Source: a virus
Reading direction: 5' to 3' (one strand)
IMG/VR virus record: IMGVR_UViG_3300032246_002821
Coordinates: 96,001-160,000 of that record
DNA length: 64,000 bases
The position numbers were made by a program, and so were the translations under genes. Shown here piece by piece: positions 1 to 9,627 of this stretch. The stretch's first letter is position 1. Each line of letters opens with the position of its first letter. The notes beneath the pieces were generated by a model. That model made no database searches. It saw only the letters and a list, made by a program, of their open reading frames with translations, and was not told where the DNA came from.

Positions 1-3000
1 TTTTGCCAGGACCCTTGCCGTCTCCTCTGCCTGTTCCTTCCCCGCCACCTTGTCCGCCACCAGTGCCTGTGCCCTGTCCTGGACCTCTGCCTGTGCCATC
101 GCCTTTACCTGCGCCGCCACCACGGCCGCCGCCACCGGGGCTCATATTGTATTCACGTTCACGGGGATCGCCTTTGCCGCCACCAGCTCTGCTAGCACGT
201 TGTTCAGCACTGCTGCCGAATTCCTTTTGTGCGAATTCCTCGCGGCTGATGCCACTAGTGGGTCCGCCTTTGGTGATATATGGATCAATGATTTTTCTGC
301 CCTGGTTGTCATAGGTAACAGGTCTGTTATCGTTGGGATCATCGGTAGCCAGCTCGTGACCGTTTTCAGTGTATTTGGGACCGCTTGCTCCAGGCTTGCC
401 TCTCTGAGGACTAGGCTGAACATCCACACCAGTGGGGGTATTACGCACTGTGCTGCCCTTGGGGCTGGTCATCACACCAGGTTGATCAGCAGGTGCTATG
501 GCATTGGCATCACCTGTGCCGCCTGGCACTCCGGGTTTACCAAAAGTACCACTGGGAGCAGGTCTGCCGTAACTGGGTGTAGGTGGTGTCTGAGTAGGTT
601 CTGCTTTAGGCTCAGGTGGTTTTTCCGTAGGTTTATCGAATGTGGTAGTGGGACTTGGCCTTGCATAGCTGGGTGCTTGAGGCTGTGGTTCAGTCTTTGC
701 TGGTTCTGGTGGTTTCTCAGGTGGCTTTTCCACAGGTTTATTGAAAGTGGTTGTAGGCGCAGGTCTGGCGTAACTGGGTGCCTGGGGCTGTGGTTCAGTC
801 TTTGCTGGTTCTGGTGGTTTCTCAGGTGGCTTTTCCACAGGTTTATTGAAAGTGGTTGTAGGCGCAGGTCTGGCGTAACTGGGCGCCTGCGGCTTGGGTT
901 CTGTTTTTTCTGGTTCGGTTTTCTCAGGTTCTGTAGGCGTGACCCGCTGTTGTTCAGGTTCTTTGGCCAAGAGTTCTTTGTACAACTCATCCTGAGTTTT
1001 GGGCTGTGTCTGAGGTTTAGGCGCAGGCTGTGGTTCCAGTTCCTGATCTTGTGCCAATTTATCCATCATATCTTTGAAAGCAGCCAACGCATCAGGCGTG
1101 GGTTTATCGACTGGCTGCTCTGGCTTTACAGTGACTTTTTGCTTTGGTGTGATGATGATAGGATTGTTTTCAGCGCCAGGTCCGCCTTGTCCAGGCAGCT
1201 TGCTGAAATCTTGTTGCGGTTCTTTGTCATCGGCACTGGTAGCATCAGCACTTGTAGCAGGTACTGTACCCGTTGTGCTTGATTGTGTACTGGTGTTACC
1301 AGATCCGCCTTGATCTCTGGGTGCGTGGATTTCTGGATTGTACCTTACTCTGGGATCGTGCTGCTGGGTGTCGGTGCCAGGGGGCAATTCAGGAATAGTT
1401 GTTACTCTCATCGGGGAATCAGGAGGAGGGGGTTCGTATGGTTCTAATTCAGCATCTGGATCAGGATAAATGTGAGGACCTGGCAGGTTAACATCAGGTA
1501 AATTGGGGTCTTTTGCAATACCATAAGGAAGTGGTGGAGTTTTATTTGGGTCGTTCAAACCAGCATTTTTCTTTAAGGCATCCAGTGGATCTGTTTTAAC
1601 TGGTTGTTGACCAGCAGGCTGAGGAACATCTCGTTGATCCATATCTTGTGCTTGCTGTGCTTGCTTTTCGCTAGGATCTATCTTTACTTGCACTCCTGCA
1701 TTTTTCTTGAGTGTGTCCAAGGGATCCTCAGGATCCCATAAAAAAATTTCAAACGGCTCTGTTCTTTTATATTTTACGCTATCAGGCACATTATCTATAT
1801 CTTTTGCTTTGAATGTGTCAACTTTTTTATCAGGATTTGCCTGATTCCACTTTTGCAATTCATTATGGGTATAAGATTCTGGACTAGTGGCAGGGCTCAT
1901 TGGCTGATATTCACCAGGAGGCGGCGCAGGTGACTGAGCCGGAGTACCGCCTACTTCAGATCCTGGCGTTGTGGCTTGTGAAGGACTGGGTGTCTTTTCA
2001 GCTGAACTGGGTCCACCTGTACTGGCGGCACTGTCTGGCGATCCACCGCCACCACCGCCACCGCCTTTTTTAAACACAACCACACCAGTTGGTGCGTTCA
2101 TTGCATAACTGCCACTGGGACTGGTCATCACACCAGGCTGGGATTTCAGTGGTATGGTATCCTGGCTGAATTCATCATCTGGAGTATTTTTTTTTAAATC
2201 GGGAGTAGTAGTACTAGCTGGAGGTTCAGGGTTAGTAATTACTTTGTCCTGATTACTTGCAGGAGGTGTATTAGATGGCGCCTCGGGATCTGGACTGTCA
2301 TCATTCAAGATACCAGCCAGTCTCTGTAATTCTGTCAGCTTACTGTTGTTTTTTACTGTTGCGCTTTCCTCAGGATTAAACCCACTGCTCTTGTTGAAAA
2401 CATCCAGGGTCTTTTGATCAGGTTTATCAGTCTTACTTTGTGGAGGCAAATCGTTGACATCTCGTTTATCCATAGCTTGAGCTTGAGCTTGAGCTTGATT
2501 ATCTGCAGGCTGCGGTTGCTGTTTTTGAGCAGCAGCTTGTTTTTCATTATAACCATAAACGGTTTTATCGTAGGGTATGGTGGTGATACCAGTATCTGGA
2601 TCAGGTAGAGGATCTTGACCAGGAAATTGAGATAGTGCATCTTTAGCAAGTTGTCCTGCTATAGGTGCAGCTAAAGCACCGTGAAGTGCTGCACTTACTT
2701 TTGCGCCTGGACTCATCAATGGTTTGGCAGGTGTTGCAGGCGCTGGTGGTGGCGGTGCGCTTATAGTATTACCAGGAGGATTGGGTTGGCCTGGAGACCA
2801 AGTGGGTACTTCCTGATAAGGTACAATGTTTTTTGGTGCAGAAACAGCAGATGGTTCTGCACTAGTAGTGCTGCGTGTGGTACGCATACTGGGATCCACC
2901 CGCACTTCAGGCCCGCCAGGACTGGGTCTGCTGGGCATATAACGGCTGGCTGGCACGATAGGTGGTACTTCTGGTCCCACCTTATTTCTACTACCATAAG

Positions 3001-3124
3001 GATCAGTTGGGTCGCCAGGACCCGCCTCTGCTATGCTCTGTACTTCGCGCATTTTGGCACGGTTACGCAAGTTGTGTGTGAATTCTTTAAGTGCGTTAAA
3101 GTAGTTTCTTGGATCTTGTGCCAT
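1..3124 (-). CDS. Large Pro/Gln/Gly-rich low-complexity protein (>1040 aa), probable virion protein; runs off the window start
   Basis: ATG at 3124 just after the stop of 3142-5556. Hand translation (MAQDPRNYFNALKEF...GTGRGDGKGPGK) stays open to base 1. It is probably absent from the ORF track because it has no stop in the window. Confidence 0.75.
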   Translation of the reverse strand, partial: MAQDPRNYFNALKEFTHNLRNRAKMREVQSIAEAGPGDPTDPYGSRNKVGPEVPPIVPASRYMPSRPSPGGPEVRVDPSMRTTRSTTSAEPSAVSAPKNIVPYQEVPTWSPGQPNPPGNTISAPPPPAPATPAKPLMSPGAKVSAALHGALAAPIAGQLAKDALSQFPGQDPLPDPDTGITTIPYDKTVYGYNEKQAAAQKQQPQPADNQAQAQAQAMDKRDVNDLPPQSKTDKPDQKTLDVFNKSSGFNPEESATVKNNSKLTELQRLAGILNDDSPDPEAPSNTPPASNQDKVITNPEPPASTTTPDLKKNTPDDEFSQDTIPLKSQPGVMTSPSGSYAMNAPTGVVVFKKGGGGGGGGSPDSAASTGGPSSAEKTPSPSQATTPGSEVGGTPAQSPAPPPGEYQPMSPATSPESYTHNELQKWNQANPDKKVDTFKAKDIDNVPDSVKYKRTEPFEIFLWDPEDPLDTLKKNAGVQVKIDPSEKQAQQAQDMDQRDVPQPAGQQPVKTDPLDALKKNAGLNDPNKTPPLPYGIAKDPNLPDVNLPGPHIYPDPDAELEPYEPPPPDSPMRVTTIPELPPGTDTQQHDPRVRYNPEIHAPRDQGGSGNTSTQSSTTGTVPATSADATSADDKEPQQDFSKLPGQGGPGAENNPIIITPKQKVTVKPEQPVDKPTPDALAAFKDMMDKLAQDQELEPQPAPKPQTQPKTQDELYKELLAKEPEQQRVTPTEPEKTEPEKTEPKPQAPSYARPAPTTTFNKPVEKPPEKPPEPAKTEPQPQAPSYARPAPTTTFNKPVEKPPEKPPEPAKTEPQPQAPSYARPSPTTTFDKPTEKPPEPKAEPTQTPPTPSYGRPAPSGTFGKPGVPGGTGDANAIAPADQPGVMTSPKGSTVRNTPTGVDVQPSPQRGKPGASGPKYTENGHELATDDPNDNRPVTYDNQGRKIIDPYITKGGPTSGISREEFAQKEFGSSAEQRASRAGGGKGDPREREYNMSPGGGGRGGGAGKGDGTGRGPGQGTGTGGGQGGGEGTGRGDGKGPGK
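540..900 (-). repeat. In-frame tandem repeat, 105-bp (35-aa) unit; two near-identical and two degenerate copies (PSYARPAPTTTFNKP motif)
   Basis: The identical string ggctgtggttcagtctttgctgg... starts at both 681 and 786 (period 105). Confidence 0.9.
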
Positions 3125-3141
3125 TATGATTTCCGTTTATA

Positions 3142-5556
3142 TTACTTAGGTGCGTAAGGTGTTAGCTGGCCTGCCAGTTTCATAAGTTCCAAGATACTTT
3201 CATCCATCTTGTTACCTTCCACTTTGTATGTCTTTCCACCCACTTCGAACTCATCTTTGTGTGCGGCTCTGGCTTTGGCTAGCTCTCCAGAGAATTCATT
3301 GCCTTCGTCTGTGACTTCTTCTTCCACATCTGTTTTCTTGTCGGCAGCGGCTTTCTTCATGCTTTCTTTTCTGTCGCCGTCTTTATCCAGATCGATATAA
3401 TCGGGTTTAGCAGCTTCTTTGATTCCAGCCAGGTTTTTTAAAGTATCCATTGCTTCGTCTGTCTTCTTGTCGCCACGCATCATTGCGAAATCGTCAGCAT
3501 CTATCTTGTCGTTATGGTTTTTATCCAGTTGTTTCTGTTTACCTTTCAGCATATCTTCTTCCATATCGTCCTCTGTGGCCATATGATGTACTTGGCCTTG
3601 TTCGTGACGGCTGGCCATAGTGTCAGTGGCCATAGCCAGATAGTCAGCTGCTTTGGTAATTTTAGCCTGGATCCATTCTGGCAGATTCTCATCGCTAGCC
3701 ATCAGTGCATCCAGTTCTTCAGCAGCACGAGCGATAGTGTGCAACTGTGTCTTGGCCATACCAGCTTCGCCATCATATTCATCGTGGCTGTGTGGCGCGG
3801 CCTGATCATCGTCTGTGCTCATTTCCATACCATCATCAGTGGTCTCATCTTCATCAGCATAGATGTAGTTTTCCTGGATGATGTTACGTATGCTGTATAT
3901 CATACCGTCCAGGTGTTCGCTGATCTGTTCATGTGTCCAAGGAGCAAAACTTTCTTCCATATGTTCTGCATCATATGCTTCTGTTGTTTCTGTGTGATCC
4001 TGTTCGGTTTCTGTCATTCCTGAACCGCTCCAGCACTCATCCATACCGTGTACTGGGCACATCTCACCAGCTTCTGTCATATTGCAACTGGCTTCGTTCA
4101 CAGGTTCTTCACCCATACCCATGATCTGTTCTTCGAATTCGTCTGCAGGACTACGGCTCTTTTTTGCCATTAGTTTACGAGCTTCGGGATTCTGTCTCAC
4201 CTGTTCTGCGTATGCAGGATTGCGTTTGATCTCAGCTAAATCACGCATATACTTCTGCGCCAACATGATAGCCAGCTTCTTATCTCTATTGTATTCATCA
4301 TTGGGACGTTGGCCGAAGGCTTCGCCTTCGCTGCTGACCAGGTCGCCCATCAGTGCAGCAAAGTTGGCTACATCGTCGCCGTCTGATGCGATTGTGCGGT
4401 TTGCCACATCGCCCAGCACAGCACTCAACAGTGCTTTGTTGTCTGTGTAACGACGGCTGATCATCAGGCTGTCCATTGCTGGATCAGCTTTGAGTACCAA
4501 CTGCCAATCGGGGTCCATAATTTTTTGTTCTACAGCGCCTGATGCTTCTGATAGATTTAACATTGCACTTTCCTTTAATCTTTTGTAAGCACCGGCTGCA
4601 CTGCCAATGTAATTGTCCAAATTCTCGTTGTAAGCCTGGGTGGTGAACCAGCCTTTCACTTCTGTGATGTCATCGTCAGATTCAGGCAATAGCTGCACCA
4701 ATGATTCCAGACAGTCTGTGAAATTACGGCTGTTGTTGCTCATACGTAGCAGATTGCCACGGATGCTTTCTTTCATCTGTTGAGCAGCACGGATAACGTG
4801 ACCTGCCTGTTCAGATTCGAATGTCTTGGTGCGTGTTGCGCTGGTAAATCTGCTGAGATTACGCATCTCGTTTACCGCGCGGCTGATGATCTTTCCATTT
4901 GTATCGTAGGGATTGCCACCGCGACCGATGTAATTCGCCATGGCCTTTGCCCCGCTCACACTCTTGAATGGCAGCAGGAATTTCTCACCTGACTCGTTGA
5001 CACAATAGATACGATCCACTTTGAGCAGACGATTGTTGGTGTTCTCCAGCATCTTTTCACTGTGTACAACGTGGATTGTGACATTGTTCACATTACCTTC
5101 GCTGATCTTACCACGGCGTCTCCAGTCCACACGCCCTTCCATGATGCTTTCATTCTTAATCTTTTTCTTTTCTGGATTTAGCTTAATCATATACTGCAAG
5201 TCCTGTCTGCTGAGTGTGTCTTTGGTGATGTCACGTACATCGAAGTTTAACATATGACTCTTGGCCATCCTGCGTAATTCACGCAGGAATCGGTACCAGT
5301 AGGGCTTGTCTTCTGGCAACATACGTTCGGTGATATCAGTGTCGAAAAACACTTTTAAACTGTTGTTATCCACGACACTGCACATGATATGCCCGTAGGG
5401 TCTCAGGCTTTCTTTATCTGTGTATACGAAATTAAAAAATCTGGCTTTATCTGGATCTACAGTGGTGTTGCCATCCTCGTCTCCCATATTGATCTTGGGA
5501 AAGCGATTACGCAGTTTAAAAAATAGATCTTGTGCAGCGTTGCTAATATCAGTCAT
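3142..5556 (-). CDS. Conserved phage protein with acidic C-terminal half, probable head-associated protein
   Basis: 804-aa ORF directly after terL, preceded by ATAAATA (5561-5567); EF-hand-like loops DKNHNDKIDADD and DLDKDGD. Confidence 0.6.
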   Translation of the reverse strand: MTDISNAAQDLFFKLRNRFPKINMGDEDGNTTVDPDKARFFNFVYTDKESLRPYGHIMCSVVDNNSLKVFFDTDITERMLPEDKPYWYRFLRELRRMAKSHMLNFDVRDITKDTLSRQDLQYMIKLNPEKKKIKNESIMEGRVDWRRRGKISEGNVNNVTIHVVHSEKMLENTNNRLLKVDRIYCVNESGEKFLLPFKSVSGAKAMANYIGRGGNPYDTNGKIISRAVNEMRNLSRFTSATRTKTFESEQAGHVIRAAQQMKESIRGNLLRMSNNSRNFTDCLESLVQLLPESDDDITEVKGWFTTQAYNENLDNYIGSAAGAYKRLKESAMLNLSEASGAVEQKIMDPDWQLVLKADPAMDSLMISRRYTDNKALLSAVLGDVANRTIASDGDDVANFAALMGDLVSSEGEAFGQRPNDEYNRDKKLAIMLAQKYMRDLAEIKRNPAYAEQVRQNPEARKLMAKKSRSPADEFEEQIMGMGEEPVNEASCNMTEAGEMCPVHGMDECWSGSGMTETEQDHTETTEAYDAEHMEESFAPWTHEQISEHLDGMIYSIRNIIQENYIYADEDETTDDGMEMSTDDDQAAPHSHDEYDGEAGMAKTQLHTIARAAEELDALMASDENLPEWIQAKITKAADYLAMATDTMASRHEQGQVHHMATEDDMEEDMLKGKQKQLDKNHNDKIDADDFAMMRGDKKTDEAMDTLKNLAGIKEAAKPDYIDLDKDGDRKESMKKAAADKKTDVEEEVTDEGNEFSGELAKARAAHKDEFEVGGKTYKVEGNKMDESILELMKLAGQLTPYAPK

Positions 5557-5567
5557 ACGGTATTTAT

Positions 5568-7136
5568 TTAGAAGATGACAATCGGCATAGGTGGTATGAT
5601 CTCACTTTTATCCACCTGTAGGCTCTGGCTCAAGCTGGCATCGTATTGTCTCAGATGCAGAATGATACGCACAGCCAACAGTGTAGCACTGACAAGATCG
5701 TCGGTTTCTCCTATTTTTGCCATATAACTGTTGCCGCTAGCAACAAAACTCTTGAGCTCGCTTATGAGGTTCTTGCTGTATATCTTAAGTTTATTTGTTT
5801 CCATCCACAGTTTGAACTTGCTGCAAGCTGCCAATTTGGTGCTGTTCGTAGTTGTGAAACCCTTGCGATATCTTCGTCCTGCTCCCATGGCTTTGGGCTC
5901 GCTGAGGAAGTCACCGGGTATATTTTCTTCTCCTAGATCTGCGATAGCCATCAGTGCCGCCTCGCCTATGGTGTTGTTTTCCACACTGTAATACAAGTTA
6001 GTTGGGTCATTGGTGATTCCCGCGATATATTTGCATATCTCTGACAATATACCTATCTGTTTTTGTATGGGTGTGAGGTTATGTTGCCATTCGGCCACCT
6101 GTTTCATAGTTGTGGCATTGAAAACTTCGATAGCACTGGGATCACCCCCTGTACCCAAGCTGGGATCCAGAGCTACCACGTATACGTTGCCCTTGACTGG
6201 CTTTTCATACCATCTGACCTGGCCCTGTTTCTCGATGGGATCTATTCCCACCATATCTACCAACACACTAGGTGCAATCAGTGTTTCGTCATAGATGATA
6301 AATTTGCAGTTATTCTCACGTTCGAATCTGTCGTCGCCCACGCTGGCTCTTTCTCTGGCTGCCCATTTCTCATCCCGTTCAGGATGTCTGTCCCAGGTCG
6401 CCAGGAAAGCACTAAATCCATTACGTCCTATCTGGGTTGTATTGCCGAATTCGTCGAAACACTTGTTGGCTTCTTTCCATATAGTAGCGAACATATCCTC
6501 ATCACTGTTGGGTGTGCTGGTGATGATGGCCTTACCACCTGTAGATAGTGTAGGGCTGATGGATGTCCAGAATTCTCGAGCGATAGTAGGTCTGACGAAC
6601 GCCAACTCGTCACAGTACAGCAGTGAGATACTCATACCACGTCCGGTTGTTTCGGTAGTGGTAGCTGACACTATACGACTGCTATTGTCGAAACCAATGT
6701 TGCCCTTGTTGTAGTCCACAACACCCGCCCGGATGTGGTCAGGCACGTTTTCATAGGCAAATCTGATACGCTGCATAATTTCCTGTGCGCCGGTGAACTT
6801 GTTGCTGGCCACAAGTATTGTGCTGTCTGGAATAAACATAGCATACCATAACAGATATCCTGATGCAACAGTGGTCTTGCCCATCTGACGACCCAGCATA
6901 TTGATGCTGAAGCGATTGTTATGATAGTTGTTTAACAGTTCTTCCTGATAGTCGTAAGGTTGAAATTGTTGTCTGCCTCTGGTAGGATGCTGGATATAAA
7001 AGAAATTTCTCAGGAAATAATCGCAACCGGTTTCGGGATCAGCACAGAGACTGAATTCCAATAATTCCTGTTCGCTCATCTTAGTGCGCTTATAGGCTTT
7101 TTTTACTAGTACGCCATCTAAACTTTTTTGGGCCAT
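5568..7136 (-). CDS. terL: Terminase large subunit (T4 gp17-like)
   Basis: Walker A LGRQMGKTT, Walker B LLYCDELAF, ITSTPN coupling motif, RNase H-like nuclease VALDPSLG and DDLVSA; likely start MAQKS at 7136. Confidence 0.95.
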   Translation of the reverse strand: MAQKSLDGVLVKKAYKRTKMSEQELLEFSLCADPETGCDYFLRNFFYIQHPTRGRQQFQPYDYQEELLNNYHNNRFSINMLGRQMGKTTVASGYLLWYAMFIPDSTILVASNKFTGAQEIMQRIRFAYENVPDHIRAGVVDYNKGNIGFDNSSRIVSATTTETTGRGMSISLLYCDELAFVRPTIAREFWTSISPTLSTGGKAIITSTPNSDEDMFATIWKEANKCFDEFGNTTQIGRNGFSAFLATWDRHPERDEKWAARERASVGDDRFERENNCKFIIYDETLIAPSVLVDMVGIDPIEKQGQVRWYEKPVKGNVYVVALDPSLGTGGDPSAIEVFNATTMKQVAEWQHNLTPIQKQIGILSEICKYIAGITNDPTNLYYSVENNTIGEAALMAIADLGEENIPGDFLSEPKAMGAGRRYRKGFTTTNSTKLAACSKFKLWMETNKLKIYSKNLISELKSFVASGNSYMAKIGETDDLVSATLLAVRIILHLRQYDASLSQSLQVDKSEIIPPMPIVIF

Positions 7137-7209
7137 AAAGATATTTATTGACATATATTCAGAGTAAAGTAAAATGATTAAAGTTCAATAACCGTAGTAA
7201 ATAAATGAT

Positions 7210-7719
7210 ATGTCAGACACACTGATTTTGAACGCAAACTATCAACCACTCAGCTGGCTCCCGCTCAGCGTGATCCCGTGGCAACAGGCTATCAAGTTGC
7301 AATTCATGGATAAGATCAAGGTACTGGAATATTACAATGACTGGCAGGTGCACAGTCCCAGCACCACTCTGAATGTGCCAGCGTTGGCTATTACCAAAGA
7401 CTATCATGCTTTCCAGAAAGGTGTTAGGTTCAGTCGTAGCAACCTGTATCTGCGGGATTTATTCCAGTGCCAATATTGTGCCGACACTTACGACTATCAT
7501 GAGTTGAACATCGATCACGTGCAACCATTGAGCAAGGGCGGTAAGACCAATTGGGAAAACTGTGTAACCAGTTGTATTCCTTGCAATAGCAAAAAGAAAA
7601 ACAAGTTTCAAAAACCCATCAGGGAACCATTTAAACCTGATTACTGGACACTGACAGCTAGGCGTAAGAAATTCCAGTATGATCTAAAACATCCCAGCTG
7701 GCGAGATTATATCAATTAA
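7210..7719 (+). CDS. HNH endonuclease (McrA/HNH_5-like)
   Basis: RDLFQCQYC...NIDHVQPLSKGGKTNWENCVTSCIPCNSKK. Confidence 0.9.
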   Translation: MSDTLILNANYQPLSWLPLSVIPWQQAIKLQFMDKIKVLEYYNDWQVHSPSTTLNVPALAITKDYHAFQKGVRFSRSNLYLRDLFQCQYCADTYDYHELNIDHVQPLSKGGKTNWENCVTSCIPCNSKKKNKFQKPIREPFKPDYWTLTARRKKFQYDLKHPSWRDYIN

Positions 7720-8453
7720 TCTGGATTATTGGGGTCGAAAACTTTGGCTTTATTAAAGGCATTAACCCCTTGCTGTCTACGAGATTCTTCTTCGTCTCTG
7801 GCTCGCTGTCTCAAAAATTCTTCTTCGCCTGTATTGAGATCGGTAGGTTCAAAAACGCTGCCAATAATACCTGGTACACTAGCTAGTCTAGTGCCTTTGA
7901 GTGCTGCGCCTGCTAGACCCTTGGCAATATCACCGCCCAGGTTTTTGAGTTCGTCTTTCATTTCCGGCCAACTCAATGTGCCTGATCTGGGCTGAGTCTT
8001 GGGATTGGGACCTGCGGAAAAATCAGGCGGCAGACTGGGATTATTGAACGTAGGTGTAGAACCGCCTGTGGGTTTGGGTGGCATTTCCAAGTTAGGCGGT
8101 TGTATACGGCCCTGTGGTTTGCTCTGACCCAGATTGGGTGTGTCGCCCAGAGGCGGCAATTTGCTACCAGCTGGTGTTTCAGGAGGTGCGACTGGACCAG
8201 TTGCTGCACGTACACTCATACGGGGTTTTACACCTGCTTCAGGATTGCCAGGCACTGCATTGGCAGTGTCAGCAAAACTACCAGGTATGTCTGGTAATTG
8301 AGGCATGACTTTAACTTGACCAGATACAGGTTGGCTGCCTGCGCCCGCAGGGCTGTATGGTTTTAAATTTGTGTAGTTTTCAGGACTAGGAGCAGACCAG
8401 TCTATGCCAGCTGGACCTTCTGTCAAAAGGGTCATAAATTCTTTAGCTCTCAT
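7716..8453 (-). CDS. Pro-rich putative internal head protein
   Basis: N-terminus MRAKEFMTLLTE resembles a capsid-targeting sequence; stop/start overlaps within the late operon. Confidence 0.55.
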   Translation of the reverse strand: MRAKEFMTLLTEGPAGIDWSAPSPENYTNLKPYSPAGAGSQPVSGQVKVMPQLPDIPGSFADTANAVPGNPEAGVKPRMSVRAATGPVAPPETPAGSKLPPLGDTPNLGQSKPQGRIQPPNLEMPPKPTGGSTPTFNNPSLPPDFSAGPNPKTQPRSGTLSWPEMKDELKNLGGDIAKGLAGAALKGTRLASVPGIIGSVFEPTDLNTGEEEFLRQRARDEEESRRQQGVNAFNKAKVFDPNNPD

Positions 8454-8886
8454 CAGTATCTAGTCCTTTTGTTTTATTAATTGCAGGCACTTCTGTATTA
8501 CTTTGGCTGGGACGCTTAGTAGGTACAAATTTAGCCACTGGGCTCACTTTGTTTGTGTTGCCATCTTCGTCTCTCAAATGTTTAGTATGTGCTTTGACCG
8601 CAGCCTGGCCTGTGACTTTGCTCGCACCCTGCATTATATCTATATCGGCCTGTTCATAGGGTATGATGATCAGCTTGTCGGCCAGTTGGCTCTGTTGATC
8701 GAAACCTTCGGGTTGTGGATCAGGGCTACGTGCCATCATTATGCCATAACGATACATTGTATAAAAGTTTTGGCTGGCATCAGGAACGATATAAGCATTG
8801 GGCACAGTACGAGATTCGTGTTCAGGATGATCGCTCATCAATTCCTGTTGGCTGTATTGTTCACTGATAAATTCTTTTGCTCTCAT
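8443..8886 (-). CDS. Putative internal head protein, paralogue 1 of 3
   Basis: MRAKEFISE; shared YR[YF]...Y..[AE][DE]...N[KT]xSPV pattern. Confidence 0.6.
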   Translation of the reverse strand: MRAKEFISEQYSQQELMSDHPEHESRTVPNAYIVPDASQNFYTMYRYGIMMARSPDPQPEGFDQQSQLADKLIIIPYEQADIDIMQGASKVTGQAAVKAHTKHLRDEDGNTNKVSPVAKFVPTKRPSQSNTEVPAINKTKGLDTDES

Positions 8887-9272
8887 CTGCCACGATTCCT
8901 TTTGGCACCGCTGTTGAATGGCACAGGGCTGGTCTTATTAGTATTACTCAATTCTTCGCTGCGGTTGCTGCTAAGTTTTTTCACAGGTCCAGCACCCACC
9001 ATCTTGGCAGCAGCATTGATGATATCTATCTCGGCGTCTGTGTAGGTGCTCAATAGTGGATCACCACTAAATGCACCAGCTGCTTTTGTGGGATAATCAG
9101 GAGCACCAGCCATAGCCAATCCGAAACGATATTGCAGATAGCTGCTGCCATTGCTCTTGTTCATGCTGATAGCAGGCATACTCACTGCGCCTTTGATGGC
9201 AGCACTTACATCATCAGGAGCATCTGATAGGTCTGCACCAGGCACATCTTCAAACAGTTCAAAAAGTTTCAT
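8883..9272 (-). CDS. Putative internal head protein, paralogue 2 of 3
   Basis: MKLFELFE; YLQYRFG...YTDAE...NTNKTSPVPFNSG. Confidence 0.6.
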   Translation of the reverse strand: MKLFELFEDVPGADLSDAPDDVSAAIKGAVSMPAISMNKSNGSSYLQYRFGLAMAGAPDYPTKAAGAFSGDPLLSTYTDAEIDIINAAAKMVGAGPVKKLSSNRSEELSNTNKTSPVPFNSGAKRNRGR

Positions 9273-9625
9273 TTTTTCTTCCTTTTGCCACTGTTGTGCG
9301 GCACAGGACTGACTTTATGTACACTGTCCGGCTCTTTGCCTTTTTCTTTGGTGAGCCATTTGGTTTTATGTCCCAATCCCTTGAGGCTGTCCTTCAACAT
9401 TTTATGTTCTTCATCAGTGTAAACACTGGCAAAGGGATGATCTCTGAAGTGATCGTGATCGTGAGGTGCTTTATGATGGGGATGAGCTGCTACTACATTC
9501 ATGAAACGATAGTAGTTGTAGCCAGGATCCATATCAGGAAAAACCATACTGCGAGGCATAGTGCTCACGTGCTCTGGATGAGCCTTGGATTTTTTTGCTT
9601 CTGATATGAATTCGCTGGCTCTCAT
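9269..9625 (-). CDS. Putative internal head protein, paralogue 3 of 3
   Basis: MRASEFISE; YNYYRFM...YTDEE...VHKVSPVPHNSG. Confidence 0.6.
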   Translation of the reverse strand: MRASEFISEAKKSKAHPEHVSTMPRSMVFPDMDPGYNYYRFMNVVAAHPHHKAPHDHDHFRDHPFASVYTDEEHKMLKDSLKGLGHKTKWLTKEKGKEPDSVHKVSPVPHNSGKRKKK

Positions 9626-9627
9626 TT

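Noticed and set aside
540-900. CRISPR array
   Set aside because: The repeats are in-frame coding units without unique spacers; no cas genes are present.
50-1282. 410-aa plus-strand ORF and other antisense ORFs (e.g. 2681-3157, 9988-10701, 13009-13647, 15748-16539, 25425-26231)
   Set aside because: They are shadows of well-supported opposite-strand genes, have odd composition, and lack ribosome-binding sites.
5568-7136. Intein or intron in terL (or in the sheath)
   Set aside because: terL length is normal, there are no intein N/C-terminal motifs, and the frames are uninterrupted.
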